A stretch of DNA of 64,000 bases from an uncultured Gammaproteobacteria bacterium (GTDB lineage: Bacteria > Pseudomonadota > Gammaproteobacteria > UBA9214): NCBI GenBank assembly GCA_963753755.1, contig CAVWDM010000016.1, positions 96,381-160,380 of the forward strand. The letters are read 5' to 3'. A model generated the notes under the pieces. It saw nothing but the letters and a program-made list of their open reading frames with translations, did not search any database and was not told where the DNA came from. Of this stretch, positions 38,462 through 49,155 are shown one piece after another (the stretch's first letter is position 1; every line of letters starts with the position of its first letter). The position numbers were made by a program, and so were the translations under genes.

Positions 38462-40663
38462 ATGAAGCATGCAGCTGACGCTGGCCCGCAAAAAGCCGGG
38501 GTTGCATGCGTGAAAACATTGTTTGGAATCCTGCTGCTGGTGTCACTCGTCTCACTGGTGAGTGCTGCTGACCAGCTACCGGTAAGCATCCCCCTGAATA
38601 TCGAGTTCAGCTTCCTGCAACAGGCACTGCGCAGGCAGTTATACACGGGGCAAGATCAGGCAATGGACATTCGGGTTGACGACCAGGGCTGCAGCAGGAT
38701 TAGACTGTCTGATCCACGTATCGACGGCCAGCAAGGTCTGCTACGCATTACCAATCGAACCGTCGTTGACGTCGGTCTGCCTATGGGGTCCAAGTGTATC
38801 CCCGTGTACCAGTGGTCAGGCACAGTTGAAACCTATCACAAACCACGAATTGCTAGTGGGCGCACCGCTTTGCGTTTTGAAATTATTGATGCGAATGCGT
38901 ACAGCGCAGACATGACACCGCTTAATCAGGGCCGCGAATTTGAATTGCTCAAGCAGTTTGCCGGGCCCCGGCTTTCGGATTTGCTCATCGATTTGCAGCC
39001 TGTGCTTGCTGCAATCAGGCAATTGCTGCCCGAGGTCATCCCGGAAAGCAATATCGCAACAACCAAGACAATACTGAATTCACTGTCGTTCACGACAGCC
39101 GCTGTAAACCCGGAATCCCTGGAGCTGATGCTGGAGTTCTCGGCAGGCAATAACCCGCCTGTGAAAAGGTTTGAGCCGCCGCTGACGAAAGTGGAGCTGG
39201 ATCGCTGGGAACAAACTTCCAGGCAATGGGATGCCTTTCTCACTTACACGGTTAAACAGATTGCCACCCGGAGTAAATCCGATGCCGTTAGAGAGGCGTT
39301 GCTGAATCTACTGATTGAGGCGCGCTACGACATACTCATGGCGTTATCAGACACCGCGACCCAGGATGACCCGGTCAGGCGAATGTTTGTCAACGCCTGG
39401 AGTCGACTCGCGCCGCTATTGAGCGAGGTATCTGATGATCTGCAAGGTGACTTGCCGCTGCAATATATGACATTTATAGCCGCTGGCGACATGTTGCAGG
39501 TACTGGAGAGGCTGGGACCTGACATTGGTCTGGAGATTACAGCAGGTGGTCTGCGGCGTTGGGCGCGCATGCTGGTGCCTGATGACAGTGTTGACCCACT
39601 GGAATACAGCCAGGAGGTTGATCCTGCGTTGCGAAGATTGTTTGGTTTTGGTCCGCCGGAGTCGACCGAAGAGCAGATTCCTGCTGATACACTATCCTGG
39701 TTCATAAAATCCGCACGTGCGTCGATCGACAGCGCAGCATTACGGAACAAGTTGAAAAACTGGGTGCCGGCTCGCAACGAGATCGGTGAATACCTGTCAC
39801 TGGTCCATCAGTTACTGAGCGAAACCACGAACAACACGATTAACCGGGAGAAGCTGGATTCGTTATACAGGAAACAATATCACGATATGTTACTGGCAAC
39901 TGCATGGCAGGAAAGTTGCTGGCGCCAGTTCATTAGAACGGACAAGGGTATTAAACCGATCACATCAGGCACCGGCTCTGTCGGCATCATGCAGGTAAAC
40001 CGAAAAGTCTGGCGCGGGTTATATGATGCAGGAAAACTGGAAACAGATATTGCCTATAACGCAGGTGCGGGTAGCCAGATTCTGCTGCATTACTTCAAGG
40101 ATTATGCCCTGAAAAATGAACTTGGCAAGAGTAAGGTTGCTGACAGTCTTGCGCGAGCCACCTATGCGGCCTACAACGGAGGTCCGCGACAGCTCGCACG
40201 TTACCGTGATTCCACTACCCCGGAACGGCTGCGAAAAATAGATGTGTCGTTCTGGGAAAAGTATGAAAAGATCAAAAGCGGAGATATCAAATCCGTCGCA
40301 GGCTGCTATGGAGAAACGGCGGGCGCTGTAATGGTGAACAGCCCGCCAGTGAAAAGCAATAAAACGAAGGAATCTGCCGGCCGCCCAACCGGGCTGTTAC
40401 AGTCTGGTCCGGATAATTACACTATCCAGTTGATGTCATCAAGAAACAAGGCACAGATGGAAAAATACATTCAGGAGAACAAACTTGCCGGTAAAGCCGA
40501 GTATTATACTTACCGGCATAATAACGAAACCTGGTATGGACTCGTTTACGGTAGCTTTGCTACCCGCGCTGCTGCCGAGGCCAGGGCGCAATCCCTGAAA
40601 AAATCCATGGGCCTGTCCGGAACATGGGTGCGTCAAATATCGAGCATTGAAAAGCTGGAATAA
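38462..40663 (+). CDS. Exported lytic transglycosylase (SLT domain) with a C-terminal SPOR peptidoglycan-binding domain.
   Basis: SLT motifs (AWQESCWRQF, GIMQVN, AYNAGAG, AAYNGGP). The C-terminal YTIQLMSSRNKAQMEKYI...WYGLVYGSFATRAAAEA is SPOR-like. Start ambiguous (38447, 38462 or 38510). Confidence 0.8.
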   Translation: MKHAADAGPQKAGVACVKTLFGILLLVSLVSLVSAADQLPVSIPLNIEFSFLQQALRRQLYTGQDQAMDIRVDDQGCSRIRLSDPRIDGQQGLLRITNRTVVDVGLPMGSKCIPVYQWSGTVETYHKPRIASGRTALRFEIIDANAYSADMTPLNQGREFELLKQFAGPRLSDLLIDLQPVLAAIRQLLPEVIPESNIATTKTILNSLSFTTAAVNPESLELMLEFSAGNNPPVKRFEPPLTKVELDRWEQTSRQWDAFLTYTVKQIATRSKSDAVREALLNLLIEARYDILMALSDTATQDDPVRRMFVNAWSRLAPLLSEVSDDLQGDLPLQYMTFIAAGDMLQVLERLGPDIGLEITAGGLRRWARMLVPDDSVDPLEYSQEVDPALRRLFGFGPPESTEEQIPADTLSWFIKSARASIDSAALRNKLKNWVPARNEIGEYLSLVHQLLSETTNNTINREKLDSLYRKQYHDMLLATAWQESCWRQFIRTDKGIKPITSGTGSVGIMQVNRKVWRGLYDAGKLETDIAYNAGAGSQILLHYFKDYALKNELGKSKVADSLARATYAAYNGGPRQLARYRDSTTPERLRKIDVSFWEKYEKIKSGDIKSVAGCYGETAGAVMVNSPPVKSNKTKESAGRPTGLLQSGPDNYTIQLMSSRNKAQMEKYIQENKLAGKAEYYTYRHNNETWYGLVYGSFATRAAAEARAQSLKKSMGLSGTWVRQISSIEKLE

Positions 40664-40695
40664 AACGATGAGGTAAAGCGAGCAGGGGCGCTGCG

Positions 40696-40968
40696 TTGTC
40701 ATTGACAATGGGCAGGAAACATCACAGCAGTCATAATAAACAAGCAGGTGATCATCACGGACGACTGCGATTCCTCGAGGACGTTTACAGCCGTGATGGG
40801 GCTCAGCTGGAGTCGGATGCTGACAAGTATTGTCTTGACGTACAGCCAGGCCAGTGCCGTATTGTGAACCGCATAAGTGTCAATAAACCCAATGTCAGTA
40901 AAGTATGTACCCGTGAGTTGATGGTGGACAGGATACAAACATTACGTGAGCCTGGAACTGGTCGCTAA
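40696..40968 (+). CDS. Hypothetical small His-rich protein.
   Basis: ORF only. It lies in an AT-rich segment and has no recognisable motifs. Confidence 0.2.
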   Translation: MSLTMGRKHHSSHNKQAGDHHGRLRFLEDVYSRDGAQLESDADKYCLDVQPGQCRIVNRISVNKPNVSKVCTRELMVDRIQTLREPGTGR

Positions 40969-41120
40969 AAAACAATGTAGATTGAAGGGTTCGGTAGTAC
41001 ACGGTTAGCAGAAAAATGTACCGCTTACCTCGGCAACTACCGAGTACGGCCATAGTGCACATCATAAAATAATACCAATGAACGTCCGTAAATCTGATAC
41101 GTTCCAAGACCTGATTCGTG

Positions 41121-41615
41121 CTAGACACACTCATCCGTCTTGGGATATTTCTCCCGTACTCGGCGAATTCTCTCATCTATCTTGTTTTGTTCGGCCTTAT
41201 TCCCCTGACGCGCTTGGTATGCAGCTGCGAGTTGTTCCTCTACACTCGGGTACTCCATCCGCCTCATGGCGGCATATTTTTGCTCGTGGCGAACATCCGT
41301 GATTTCCCGCAGGGCGGATTTGATCTCTTTGTCGGTAGGTCGATTTGTGTTGGCTATCCATTCTGCGATATACGGTTCCTGCTCCGGAGAATCGTGCCTG
41401 ATGACATAGTCAACGCCCGCTGTAAGATTCGGGTTCAGCATGTGTATGGCACGGCAAAGCGTACGTGCACGCTCATCGTGCCCGACAAGCCCCTGTTGTT
41501 GTGCAATCAGCATGATGGCATCCTTGGTTCTTCGAGAATTCTTCCACAGAATGTATATAAAGACGCATGCAACTATCAGCACCAAAATAACAATATTAGT
41601 GACTCCTTTGTCCAT
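41121..41615 (-). CDS. Hypothetical membrane-anchored protein (N-terminal TM segment plus a soluble domain of about 130 aa).
   Basis: The ORF sits in the AT-rich islet. TM helix IVILVLIVACVFIYILW. Confidence 0.5.
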   Translation of the reverse strand: MDKGVTNIVILVLIVACVFIYILWKNSRRTKDAIMLIAQQQGLVGHDERARTLCRAIHMLNPNLTAGVDYVIRHDSPEQEPYIAEWIANTNRPTDKEIKSALREITDVRHEQKYAAMRRMEYPSVEEQLAAAYQARQGNKAEQNKIDERIRRVREKYPKTDECV

Positions 41616-41990
41616 GATGTGTTGTTCCTCTGGTGTTTGGTTTACATATGTTATTGCAAGAAGCTTTAAACGATGCCCCGTAATTAAACATTACCCGCTT
41701 GTTTCGCAAAAGGCCAGCTGAAAGCGAACGTCAGTGTCTGCCCGGTTGCGGAGTTACTTGCGGTCCAACTATTTTTTCAATGCAGATTGCTGTTGAGTAA
41801 ATAAACGGAATCAACCAGCCTGCTGCAGCCCTTCATGGACGAACAACGTATGGTAAGTTACTGCTCATCTCAATTATATAATTCTACAGAATGTGATTTA
41901 TATATGCTTTTCGCCTTTGTAATAGCCACCTGGCAATTGTATTCATGATGGAAATGATTACCAAAAATAATAAGAACGATTATTGATAGG

Positions 41991-42419
41991 GTGGTAGATG
42001 CAGTATTCGGAATTATACTTTTATTCATTATTCTTGGTGTTGCAATTGGGACGATACAGCATTTTTCGACAACATGGAGATTATTGGCATTAGTAGGAAT
42101 CACCGGCCGCTATACTGATCTCATTGCCGATGTGTTGACGCTCTATGTGTTCATTGAGTCATTCAGATCACTCATTGCGTATTTCAGTACACGAAAATCT
42201 CGACCTGCTTTTATACTGGATGCCGCAATTGTGTTCGTTATTCGCGAAATCCTGATTGCACTTTTTAAGCATGAGCTTGAACCAGAAAGGCTTTACGCAT
42301 CTTCAGCGTTTATAGTTCTACTTGGTGCGCTGCGGATAGGATCTGTTCTGGTGTACAACAATAATACTGTATTTCACATCAAGTCGGTATCTGACGCTGC
42401 ATATGCTCCGACTATATAA
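41991..42419 (+). CDS. PsiE-like small inner-membrane protein (phosphate-starvation-inducible family), tentative.
   Basis: About 140 aa with 4 TM segments. The hydrophobic pattern resembles PsiE. Confidence 0.5.
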   Translation: MVDAVFGIILLFIILGVAIGTIQHFSTTWRLLALVGITGRYTDLIADVLTLYVFIESFRSLIAYFSTRKSRPAFILDAAIVFVIREILIALFKHELEPERLYASSAFIVLLGALRIGSVLVYNNNTVFHIKSVSDAAYAPTI

Positions 42420-42688
42420 GCATCGCGCCTTCATCGAACGGTTATAGTGTCGGTGATACGAAGCACTTGGTCTCTATGATATTCTCTGCAGACTCATTAA
42501 TCCCTATACGCGGATGGCCGGAACCGTGATGAATTCTCTTTTTTTGATGCTTGGCGTGACCTCGCGTAACGTTGGTGGTGAAGCATTGATACGAGGCGCG
42601 TTGGCTGCTGCAAGGCGACTCGGTATTTCACCATTGCTGAGTGGTCTCCTTATTGTAGGCCTCGGCACATCACTTCACTGAATCAAAG

Positions 42689-43894
42689 ATGGCAGTCCAC
42701 GACTTTTTTCTTACCCTGCTTATTATCCTGCTTACGGCGCGAATATTCGCCGAGCTGGCCACACGCGTGCAGGTGCCGTCGGTGATCGGTGAATTGTTCG
42801 CCGGTGTTGTACTGGGCCCCAGTCTGCTGGGGTGGATCGCGCCGACGGAGGCGATTCGGCTGATGGCGGGTATCGGTATTATCCTGTTGCTTTTTGAGGT
42901 GGGGCTGGAGACGGATCTCAAACGCCTGGTCAGCACCGGCGTGGAATCCATTATAGTCGCTACTGCCGGTTTTATCCTGCCATTTCTGTTTGGCTTTGGA
43001 CTGGCTTACTGGATATTCGAGTTGCCGTTACTGATGTCCCTGTTTGTCGGTGGCACAATGACCGCGACCAGCATTGGCATCACCGTGCGGGTGCTCGGCG
43101 ACCTCAAGCGCCAGCATTCGAAAGAGGGACAAATCGTGCTGGGCGCGGCGGTGCTTGATGATGTAATGGGTGTTGTGCTGCTGGCCTTGCTCTACGAGTA
43201 CTCCATCGGTGGCGGGGTAAGCCTGGTGAATACCGGCAAGGTGCTCATATTTGTTGCGGCATTCTTTGTACTGTCGCCGGTGGCTGCCAAGCTGATGTCC
43301 CTGGTCATCAAACGCTTTGATGCGAGCAGCAAGATCCCCGGGCTGATCCCAACGACCATTGTCTCTTTGGTGCTATTTTTCGCCTGGCTGGCTCACGCCA
43401 TAGGTGCGCCGGAGTTGCTGGGCGGCTTCGCCGCCGGACTGGCGTTGTCGCGGCGTTTCTTTCTGCCGCTGGGCATCGCCTTACGCGCCGACGAACTCTT
43501 CGCGGAACGCATCGAAACACAGATGAAACCCATTGTGCAACTGTTCACGCCGATATTCTTTGTCCTGGTCGGGCTGTCGCTGAACCTGCACGAGGTTGAC
43601 TGGAATTCACCCTTCATCTGGTTGTTCTCGCTGTCATTGCTGGTTGCTGCTGTCGCCGGGAAGCTCATCGGGGCAATGATGGTGCAAGAGGGCTGGCCCA
43701 CCCGCTGGATGATCGGCACGGCGATGGTCCCCCGTGGTGAGGTGGGATTGATCTTTGCAGAACTTGGACGTGAAAGCAGGATCTTCAGCAACGAGGTCTA
43801 TGCCGGCATGGTCATTGTCATCGCCCTGACCACGTTGCTGCCGCCGTTTGTCATGAAGTGGTATTACTCGCGTTATGGAGCGCAGATGCTTTAG
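42689..43894 (+). CDS. Cation:proton antiporter (CPA family), third copy in the window.
   Basis: Contains ELFAGVVLGPSLLG and LLLFEVGLETD. Confidence 0.85.
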   Translation: MAVHDFFLTLLIILLTARIFAELATRVQVPSVIGELFAGVVLGPSLLGWIAPTEAIRLMAGIGIILLLFEVGLETDLKRLVSTGVESIIVATAGFILPFLFGFGLAYWIFELPLLMSLFVGGTMTATSIGITVRVLGDLKRQHSKEGQIVLGAAVLDDVMGVVLLALLYEYSIGGGVSLVNTGKVLIFVAAFFVLSPVAAKLMSLVIKRFDASSKIPGLIPTTIVSLVLFFAWLAHAIGAPELLGGFAAGLALSRRFFLPLGIALRADELFAERIETQMKPIVQLFTPIFFVLVGLSLNLHEVDWNSPFIWLFSLSLLVAAVAGKLIGAMMVQEGWPTRWMIGTAMVPRGEVGLIFAELGRESRIFSNEVYAGMVIVIALTTLLPPFVMKWYYSRYGAQML

Positions 43895-44003
43895 CCGATT
43901 GCTGGCAGTGTTTCAGTCGAAGTTTGGTGGTTCCTCTATTTGTGGTCGGGTAACCAGCCGTTTCATGATAAAGTCCAGGGGTATCTATACAGAGGGTCCG
44001 TTT

Positions 44004-44561
44004 ATGTATGACTATTCAATTTTGCACAAGGATGCAATCCAGTATGTTGTCTACCGACTGCTATTGGGATTGCTGGCACTCTCGGTGGTTAACACCGCAT
44101 TCGCGGAAGCTGATGCTGCCTTGCAGGCGCGCATTGAGTCCCAGGTGCAGCATGAGCCAGTGCTTGATGGAACCGCTGTCAGGATTATCTCCGCTGCCGG
44201 TCATGTGGTGCTGAGCGGCCAGGTCAGGCTGCTTTCGCAAAAGATGCTTTATGAACAGATTGTCTGGAAGACAGGGGGAACCGTCGATGTTGGTAGCGAA
44301 ATCCGGGTTGTGCCTGCTGCACCGGTTTCGGATCAATCACTGGAAGCACAAATACTCGTGCTGGTGCATGCGCATAAACGATTTGAAGATATTGATGTGA
44401 GTGTGAAAGAAGGGCTCGTTTCCCTGCAGGGTACTTTCGAAAGTGCAGCGGATGTGTTGTTTCTGAAATGGCAGATTGCTGAGATCGAAGGTGTTATTCG
44501 TATCTTGTTTGAATCACGTATTGTTGCACAGGTTCAGGCGTACGATACTGTGCAAAGGTAA
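44004..44561 (+). CDS. BON-domain protein (OsmY-like, two BON domains).
   Basis: AGAGGG RBS. Signal peptide. Repeated BON-like segments (VSVKEGLVSLQGTFES...). Confidence 0.7.
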   Translation: MYDYSILHKDAIQYVVYRLLLGLLALSVVNTAFAEADAALQARIESQVQHEPVLDGTAVRIISAAGHVVLSGQVRLLSQKMLYEQIVWKTGGTVDVGSEIRVVPAAPVSDQSLEAQILVLVHAHKRFEDIDVSVKEGLVSLQGTFESAADVLFLKWQIAEIEGVIRILFESRIVAQVQAYDTVQR

Positions 44562-44650
44562 TGCCTCGATCAACTTCATTTTCGGGCAGACTGCATACGT
44601 AGCGTAAGGTTCTCACGGGATTGACTCATGGACTAACCATAGACACCAAC

Positions 44651-47374
44651 ATGGATACCTTGCTTTCAAGACACTGGCATCATATGCCACGCAACGAGAT
44701 CGCCACACTGCTGGAGTCAGACGGCACCAGGGGACTCGATATCTTCGAGGTGGCGCACCGGCAGACACATTTCGGAGCAAATCGCCTCACGCTGAAGAAA
44801 GGCAAAAGTCCGCTGCTGATATTTCTGCTGCAGTTTCATCAACCCCTTGTTTATATCCTGCTGGGCGCCGCGGCAATCACCTTCGCATTGCATGAATGGG
44901 TCGACAGCGGTGTCATCTTCGCTGTCGTGCTGGTCAATGCCATCATCGGTTTTATACAGGAATCAAAGGCATTAAAGGCCATCGAGGCACTGGCATGCGC
45001 CATGGAAGGTACGGCCAGCGTCATCAGGGCAGGAAAAAAGGAAAAGATTGCCGCCAGCGAACTGGTACCCGGCGATCTGGTGGTGCTGCAATCCGGTGAC
45101 AAGGTGCCCGCGGACCTGCGCCTGTTGCGTACCCGCGAACTGCAGATCGATGAGTCAGCGTTGACCGGTGAGTCCGTGCCGGTGCAGAAACAGCCGGAGC
45201 ATCTGCCACAGCAAACGTTGCTTGCCGACCGCAGCAACATCGCCTATTCATCTACCCTGGTGACCTATGGCACCGGTGCGGGCATTGCCGTCGCCACGGG
45301 TGACGCTACCGAGATCGGACAGATCAATGCGCTGATCGCCGGTGCGGATACCCTGGCGACTCCGCTGACAAAGAAAATCAACCACTTCAGCGGCATCCTG
45401 CTGTGGGTCATCCTGGGACTTGCCGGCCTGACGCTGCTGGCTGGCTGGTATCACGGAACACCGCTGCTCGATAACTTTATGGCGGCGGTGGCACTGGCCG
45501 TCGGTGCGATACCGGAAGGCCTGCCTGCGGCGATGACCATCATGCTGGCAATAGGCGTGGGCAAGATGGCGCAGCGCCATGCAATTATCCGCCGGATGCC
45601 GGCTGTTGAAACCCTGGGCAGCACGACTGTCATCTGTTCCGACAAGACCGGCACCCTGACCCAGAACCAGATGACGGTGCAGCAGGTCTGTGCCGGTGGT
45701 AACTGTTACGAGTTCACAGGCGTGGGCTATGCGCCAGAGGGGGAGGTATGCATTGATCAATCCGCCATCGATCCAGACGCGCACCCGGCACTTCTGGAGT
45801 GCCTGAAGGCAGGACTGTTATGTAATGATTCAGCTTTAATCAACAAGGGCAAGCAGTGGGGCATCGAGGGAGATCCAACAGAGGTGGCGTTGATTACCGC
45901 GGCGGCCAAGGCAGGACTCTCACGGGAGGCGCTGGAACAGGAACTGCCGCGTATCGATACGCTGCCGTTCGAATCCCAGCACCAGTACATGGCCACGCTA
46001 CACGCAGCAGCAACGGAGTCAGTGGCGATCATATATTTGAAAGGTTCGGTTGAAAGTGTGTTATCGCGTTGTCGCGACGCCTATGCCGCAGGTAAGGAAC
46101 CCGGGACGCTGGACCCGAAAAGGATTCATCGCGAAGTCGATGAGATGGCCACAAGGGGGCTGCGGGTACTGGCCTTTGCCCGCAAGCGAGTGACTGCCCC
46201 GACTGAATCAGTCTCGCATGCCGAGGTAGCCGATGGCCTGAGCTTTCTTGGGTTGCAGGCCATGATGGACCCGCCGCGGCAGGAGGCGATAGCGGCCGTG
46301 CGTGCCTGCCAGGATGCCGGCATCCAGGTGAAGATGATCACCGGCGACCATGTGGCCACGGCAGCTGCCATTGCACACCAGATTGGTCTCAAGAGCGCAG
46401 AGGGAAGCGACCTGGACAGCTTTGCGGTCAGCGGACACTCGCTGTCGCAATCAAGTGACCTTGAATTGGTAGATGTTGCGCAGCGGACGGCAGTGTTCGC
46501 ACGGGTGACGCCGGAACAAAAGCTGCGTCTGGTGCAGGCCTTGCAGGCCAATGGACATGTCGTGGCAATGACCGGTGATGGTGTTAACGATGCGCCCGCG
46601 CTCAAGCAGGCCGATATCGGTGTGGCCATGGGTGTGGGTGGCACCGAGGTGGCCAAGGAAGCGGCGGACATGGTGCTCACCGACGACAATTTCTCGACCA
46701 TTGAGGCAGCCGTCGAGGAAGGCAGGGCGGTGTTCGACAATCTTGTTAAATTCATCACCTGGACCCTGCCCACCAACATCGGTGAAGGGTTGGTGATTCT
46801 CGTTGCCGTATTCGCCGGACTTGAGCTTCCGATTACACCGGTACAGATTCTGTGGATCAACATGACGACCGCCGTGTTACTTGGCCTGATGCTGGCCTTC
46901 GAAGTCAAGGAACCGGGGATCATGAAACGACCGCCGCGACGACCGCAGACCCCCGTCATCACTCGGGAGCTTGCAGTACGTGTCGGGCTGGTGAGCCTGA
47001 TGCTCCTATTGGGATCTTTTGGTCTTTTTGAATGGACGTTGCTACATGACAGGAGTCTTGAGACGGCACGCACCGTCGCCGTCAATATGTTTGTCTTTGG
47101 TGAACTCTTCTATCTGTTCAATTGCCGCTCGTTGCGCTACTCGATGTTCAGACTGGGTGTATTTTCGAACCGCTGGCTGGTGCTCGGTGTGGCCGCCATG
47201 GTCCTGTTACAGATCCTGTTCACCTATTTTCCGGCAATGAACCATCTATTCGGCAGCGCACCCATGACGCGAACCGAATGGCTCTGGGTCCTCGGTGGCG
47301 GTGTGACAATCTACGCGGTGGTTGGCGTTGAAAAGTGGTTACGCTGTTGTGCCGGTCACGGCAAGGGGGTTTGA
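44651..47374 (+). CDS. Cation-transporting P-type ATPase (type II/III, Ca2+/Mg2+ family).
   Basis: Contains ICSDKTGTLTQN, TGDGVNDAPALKQADIGVAMG and TGES. Cation_ATPase N- and C-terminal TM domains. Confidence 0.9.
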   Translation: MDTLLSRHWHHMPRNEIATLLESDGTRGLDIFEVAHRQTHFGANRLTLKKGKSPLLIFLLQFHQPLVYILLGAAAITFALHEWVDSGVIFAVVLVNAIIGFIQESKALKAIEALACAMEGTASVIRAGKKEKIAASELVPGDLVVLQSGDKVPADLRLLRTRELQIDESALTGESVPVQKQPEHLPQQTLLADRSNIAYSSTLVTYGTGAGIAVATGDATEIGQINALIAGADTLATPLTKKINHFSGILLWVILGLAGLTLLAGWYHGTPLLDNFMAAVALAVGAIPEGLPAAMTIMLAIGVGKMAQRHAIIRRMPAVETLGSTTVICSDKTGTLTQNQMTVQQVCAGGNCYEFTGVGYAPEGEVCIDQSAIDPDAHPALLECLKAGLLCNDSALINKGKQWGIEGDPTEVALITAAAKAGLSREALEQELPRIDTLPFESQHQYMATLHAAATESVAIIYLKGSVESVLSRCRDAYAAGKEPGTLDPKRIHREVDEMATRGLRVLAFARKRVTAPTESVSHAEVADGLSFLGLQAMMDPPRQEAIAAVRACQDAGIQVKMITGDHVATAAAIAHQIGLKSAEGSDLDSFAVSGHSLSQSSDLELVDVAQRTAVFARVTPEQKLRLVQALQANGHVVAMTGDGVNDAPALKQADIGVAMGVGGTEVAKEAADMVLTDDNFSTIEAAVEEGRAVFDNLVKFITWTLPTNIGEGLVILVAVFAGLELPITPVQILWINMTTAVLLGLMLAFEVKEPGIMKRPPRRPQTPVITRELAVRVGLVSLMLLLGSFGLFEWTLLHDRSLETARTVAVNMFVFGELFYLFNCRSLRYSMFRLGVFSNRWLVLGVAAMVLLQILFTYFPAMNHLFGSAPMTRTEWLWVLGGGVTIYAVVGVEKWLRCCAGHGKGV

Positions 47375-47458
47375 ATGAGCGGGTTTGCCGATATCGTAAC
47401 GGCGCTGAGGAGCGGCCATCCTCAGCATCCCTGAAGAATTCCAGAGGAGGTGAATGAA

Positions 47459-48439
47459 ATGCAACGATTCAAGGATATTCTTTGCGTGGTTGGCGATGTA
47501 ACGGCCGACGGGCATGTCCTGGAGCGTGCTGTCACACTGGCCGGGAACAACCAGGCCAGCCTGACGGTTGTCGAAGTGGTTGATCGTGTCACTGCCGGTA
47601 TCGGGATGCCTGAGGGTGGTCCGATCTCCGCCGATCTGCAGACCGCGCTGGTTAGCGCTCATGAAGCAGGGCTGGAAACGCTGGTTAATTCTTATCGCGC
47701 ACGTATCGGTATCCAGACCAGGGTACTGGTCGGCGTATCCTTCCTGGAAATCATCCGTGAGGTACTGCGCAACAGACATGACCTGGTCATCAAGAGCCCC
47801 GAAAATCGGGATTGGCTGGACCGCTTGTTTGGCAGTGAGGATATGCACCTGTTGCGCAAGTGCCCGTGCCCTGTCTGGCTCATCAAACCCGGTAAACGAA
47901 AATCCTACCGACGTATCCTGGCAGCAGTCGATGCCGGAGACGCCTACCCGGAGGAAGAGCTGGCATCACGGCGCGCACTGAGGCGGCAGATCGTTGAGAT
48001 GGCGAGTTCCCTGGCACTGTCAGAGTTTGCCGAGCTGCATGTTGCGCATGCCTGGGACGCGGTTGCCGAAGGCGCCATGCGCGGCGCGTTTATGTATACA
48101 CCAGAGGAGAAGATTGTTGCCTACGTCGAAGAGGAGAGACGCTATCACGCGACCAGTCTGGATGGGTTGATGCGCGAGGTGACGGGCGATCTGGGACAGG
48201 ATGCCCTGGATTACCTCAAACCGCAAACATACCTGGTAAAGGGAGATGCTCGCAAGGAGATTCCGCTACTGGCAAAACAGATCGGGGCCGACCTTATTGT
48301 CATGGGGACCGTGGCCCGCACCGGTATACCCGGATTTATCATGGGCAATACAGCGGAGTCGATTCTCAATCAGATCGATTGTTCCGTGCTGGCTGTCAAG
48401 CCACCCGGCTTCGCAACCCCGGTCACACTGACTGGTTGA
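47459..48439 (+). CDS. Tandem universal stress protein (two Usp domains).
   Basis: GGAGG RBS. Two Usp-like halves, each ending in a (V/I)(L/V)(V/I)MGT...G motif. Confidence 0.85.
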   Translation: MQRFKDILCVVGDVTADGHVLERAVTLAGNNQASLTVVEVVDRVTAGIGMPEGGPISADLQTALVSAHEAGLETLVNSYRARIGIQTRVLVGVSFLEIIREVLRNRHDLVIKSPENRDWLDRLFGSEDMHLLRKCPCPVWLIKPGKRKSYRRILAAVDAGDAYPEEELASRRALRRQIVEMASSLALSEFAELHVAHAWDAVAEGAMRGAFMYTPEEKIVAYVEEERRYHATSLDGLMREVTGDLGQDALDYLKPQTYLVKGDARKEIPLLAKQIGADLIVMGTVARTGIPGFIMGNTAESILNQIDCSVLAVKPPGFATPVTLTG

Positions 48440-48582
48440 ACGCCTGCAAATCCGTTACTGTGGACTGCCGCGCTGACTGTTGCTGGTAAAAGGCACCATG
48501 GAGTAACGTGCGCATTACAATGGCTTGATAGCTGCAGTACAACCACAAGCACCGGCAACCAGAAAACATCGGAGATTACCCA

Positions 48583-49080
48583 ATGTTGATACGCCACCTG
48601 TTGTTCGGACTGCTCTTGACCGCGACGGCAACCGCGAACTCCGCAGAACGCTTCGATATGAAAATCGAGTTGACCCGGGGCGAGAAATTGATCGAGCGGG
48701 GAAATACCATCGTTACCCGGAATGCATACACCTGGAGCAGGGGGCTTGAACGCAGCTATCTCAGGCTGCGCTGCGACCTCACGAAGCCGGGTAAACTGAT
48801 TAAATTATATTCCACGGTAGCCCTTTTCGACGGGTTGCGTATCACTCACCAGTTAAAAGGGGATAGCGTGGAACTCACGGTGGCGCGCAACATCGTGCAG
48901 CCACGTCTGACCGAAATCCGAGCCCTGGGCAAGACTGAGTGCAAAGACCTGTCACCGATTGTCACAACTACGACGCTAAGTTATAGCTTCCCTGCGCAAG
49001 GCGGTATGACTGAAACCCGTCCCTTCGGAAATGACATGACCTTCCGGTCTACACTCCAGTCAGTGGATGGAAAACGCTAG
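48583..49080 (+). CDS. Hypothetical secreted protein.
   Basis: GGAGA RBS. Signal peptide MLIRHLLFGLLLTATATANSA. Confidence 0.55.
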   Translation: MLIRHLLFGLLLTATATANSAERFDMKIELTRGEKLIERGNTIVTRNAYTWSRGLERSYLRLRCDLTKPGKLIKLYSTVALFDGLRITHQLKGDSVELTVARNIVQPRLTEIRALGKTECKDLSPIVTTTTLSYSFPAQGGMTETRPFGNDMTFRSTLQSVDGKR

Positions 49081-49155
49081 ACAGACAATTTACTCAGTAA
49101 ATTTCTGACATAGAAAGCATGCATGCATTTACCTGCTTGTGTTTACAGAGGACCC

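Noticed and set aside
46126-47085. A 319-aa minus-strand ORF.
   Set aside because: It is antisense to the P-type ATPase gene, which carries unambiguous DKTGTLT and GDGVNDAPAL motifs. The ORF is rich in Ser, Ala and Thr and is junk.
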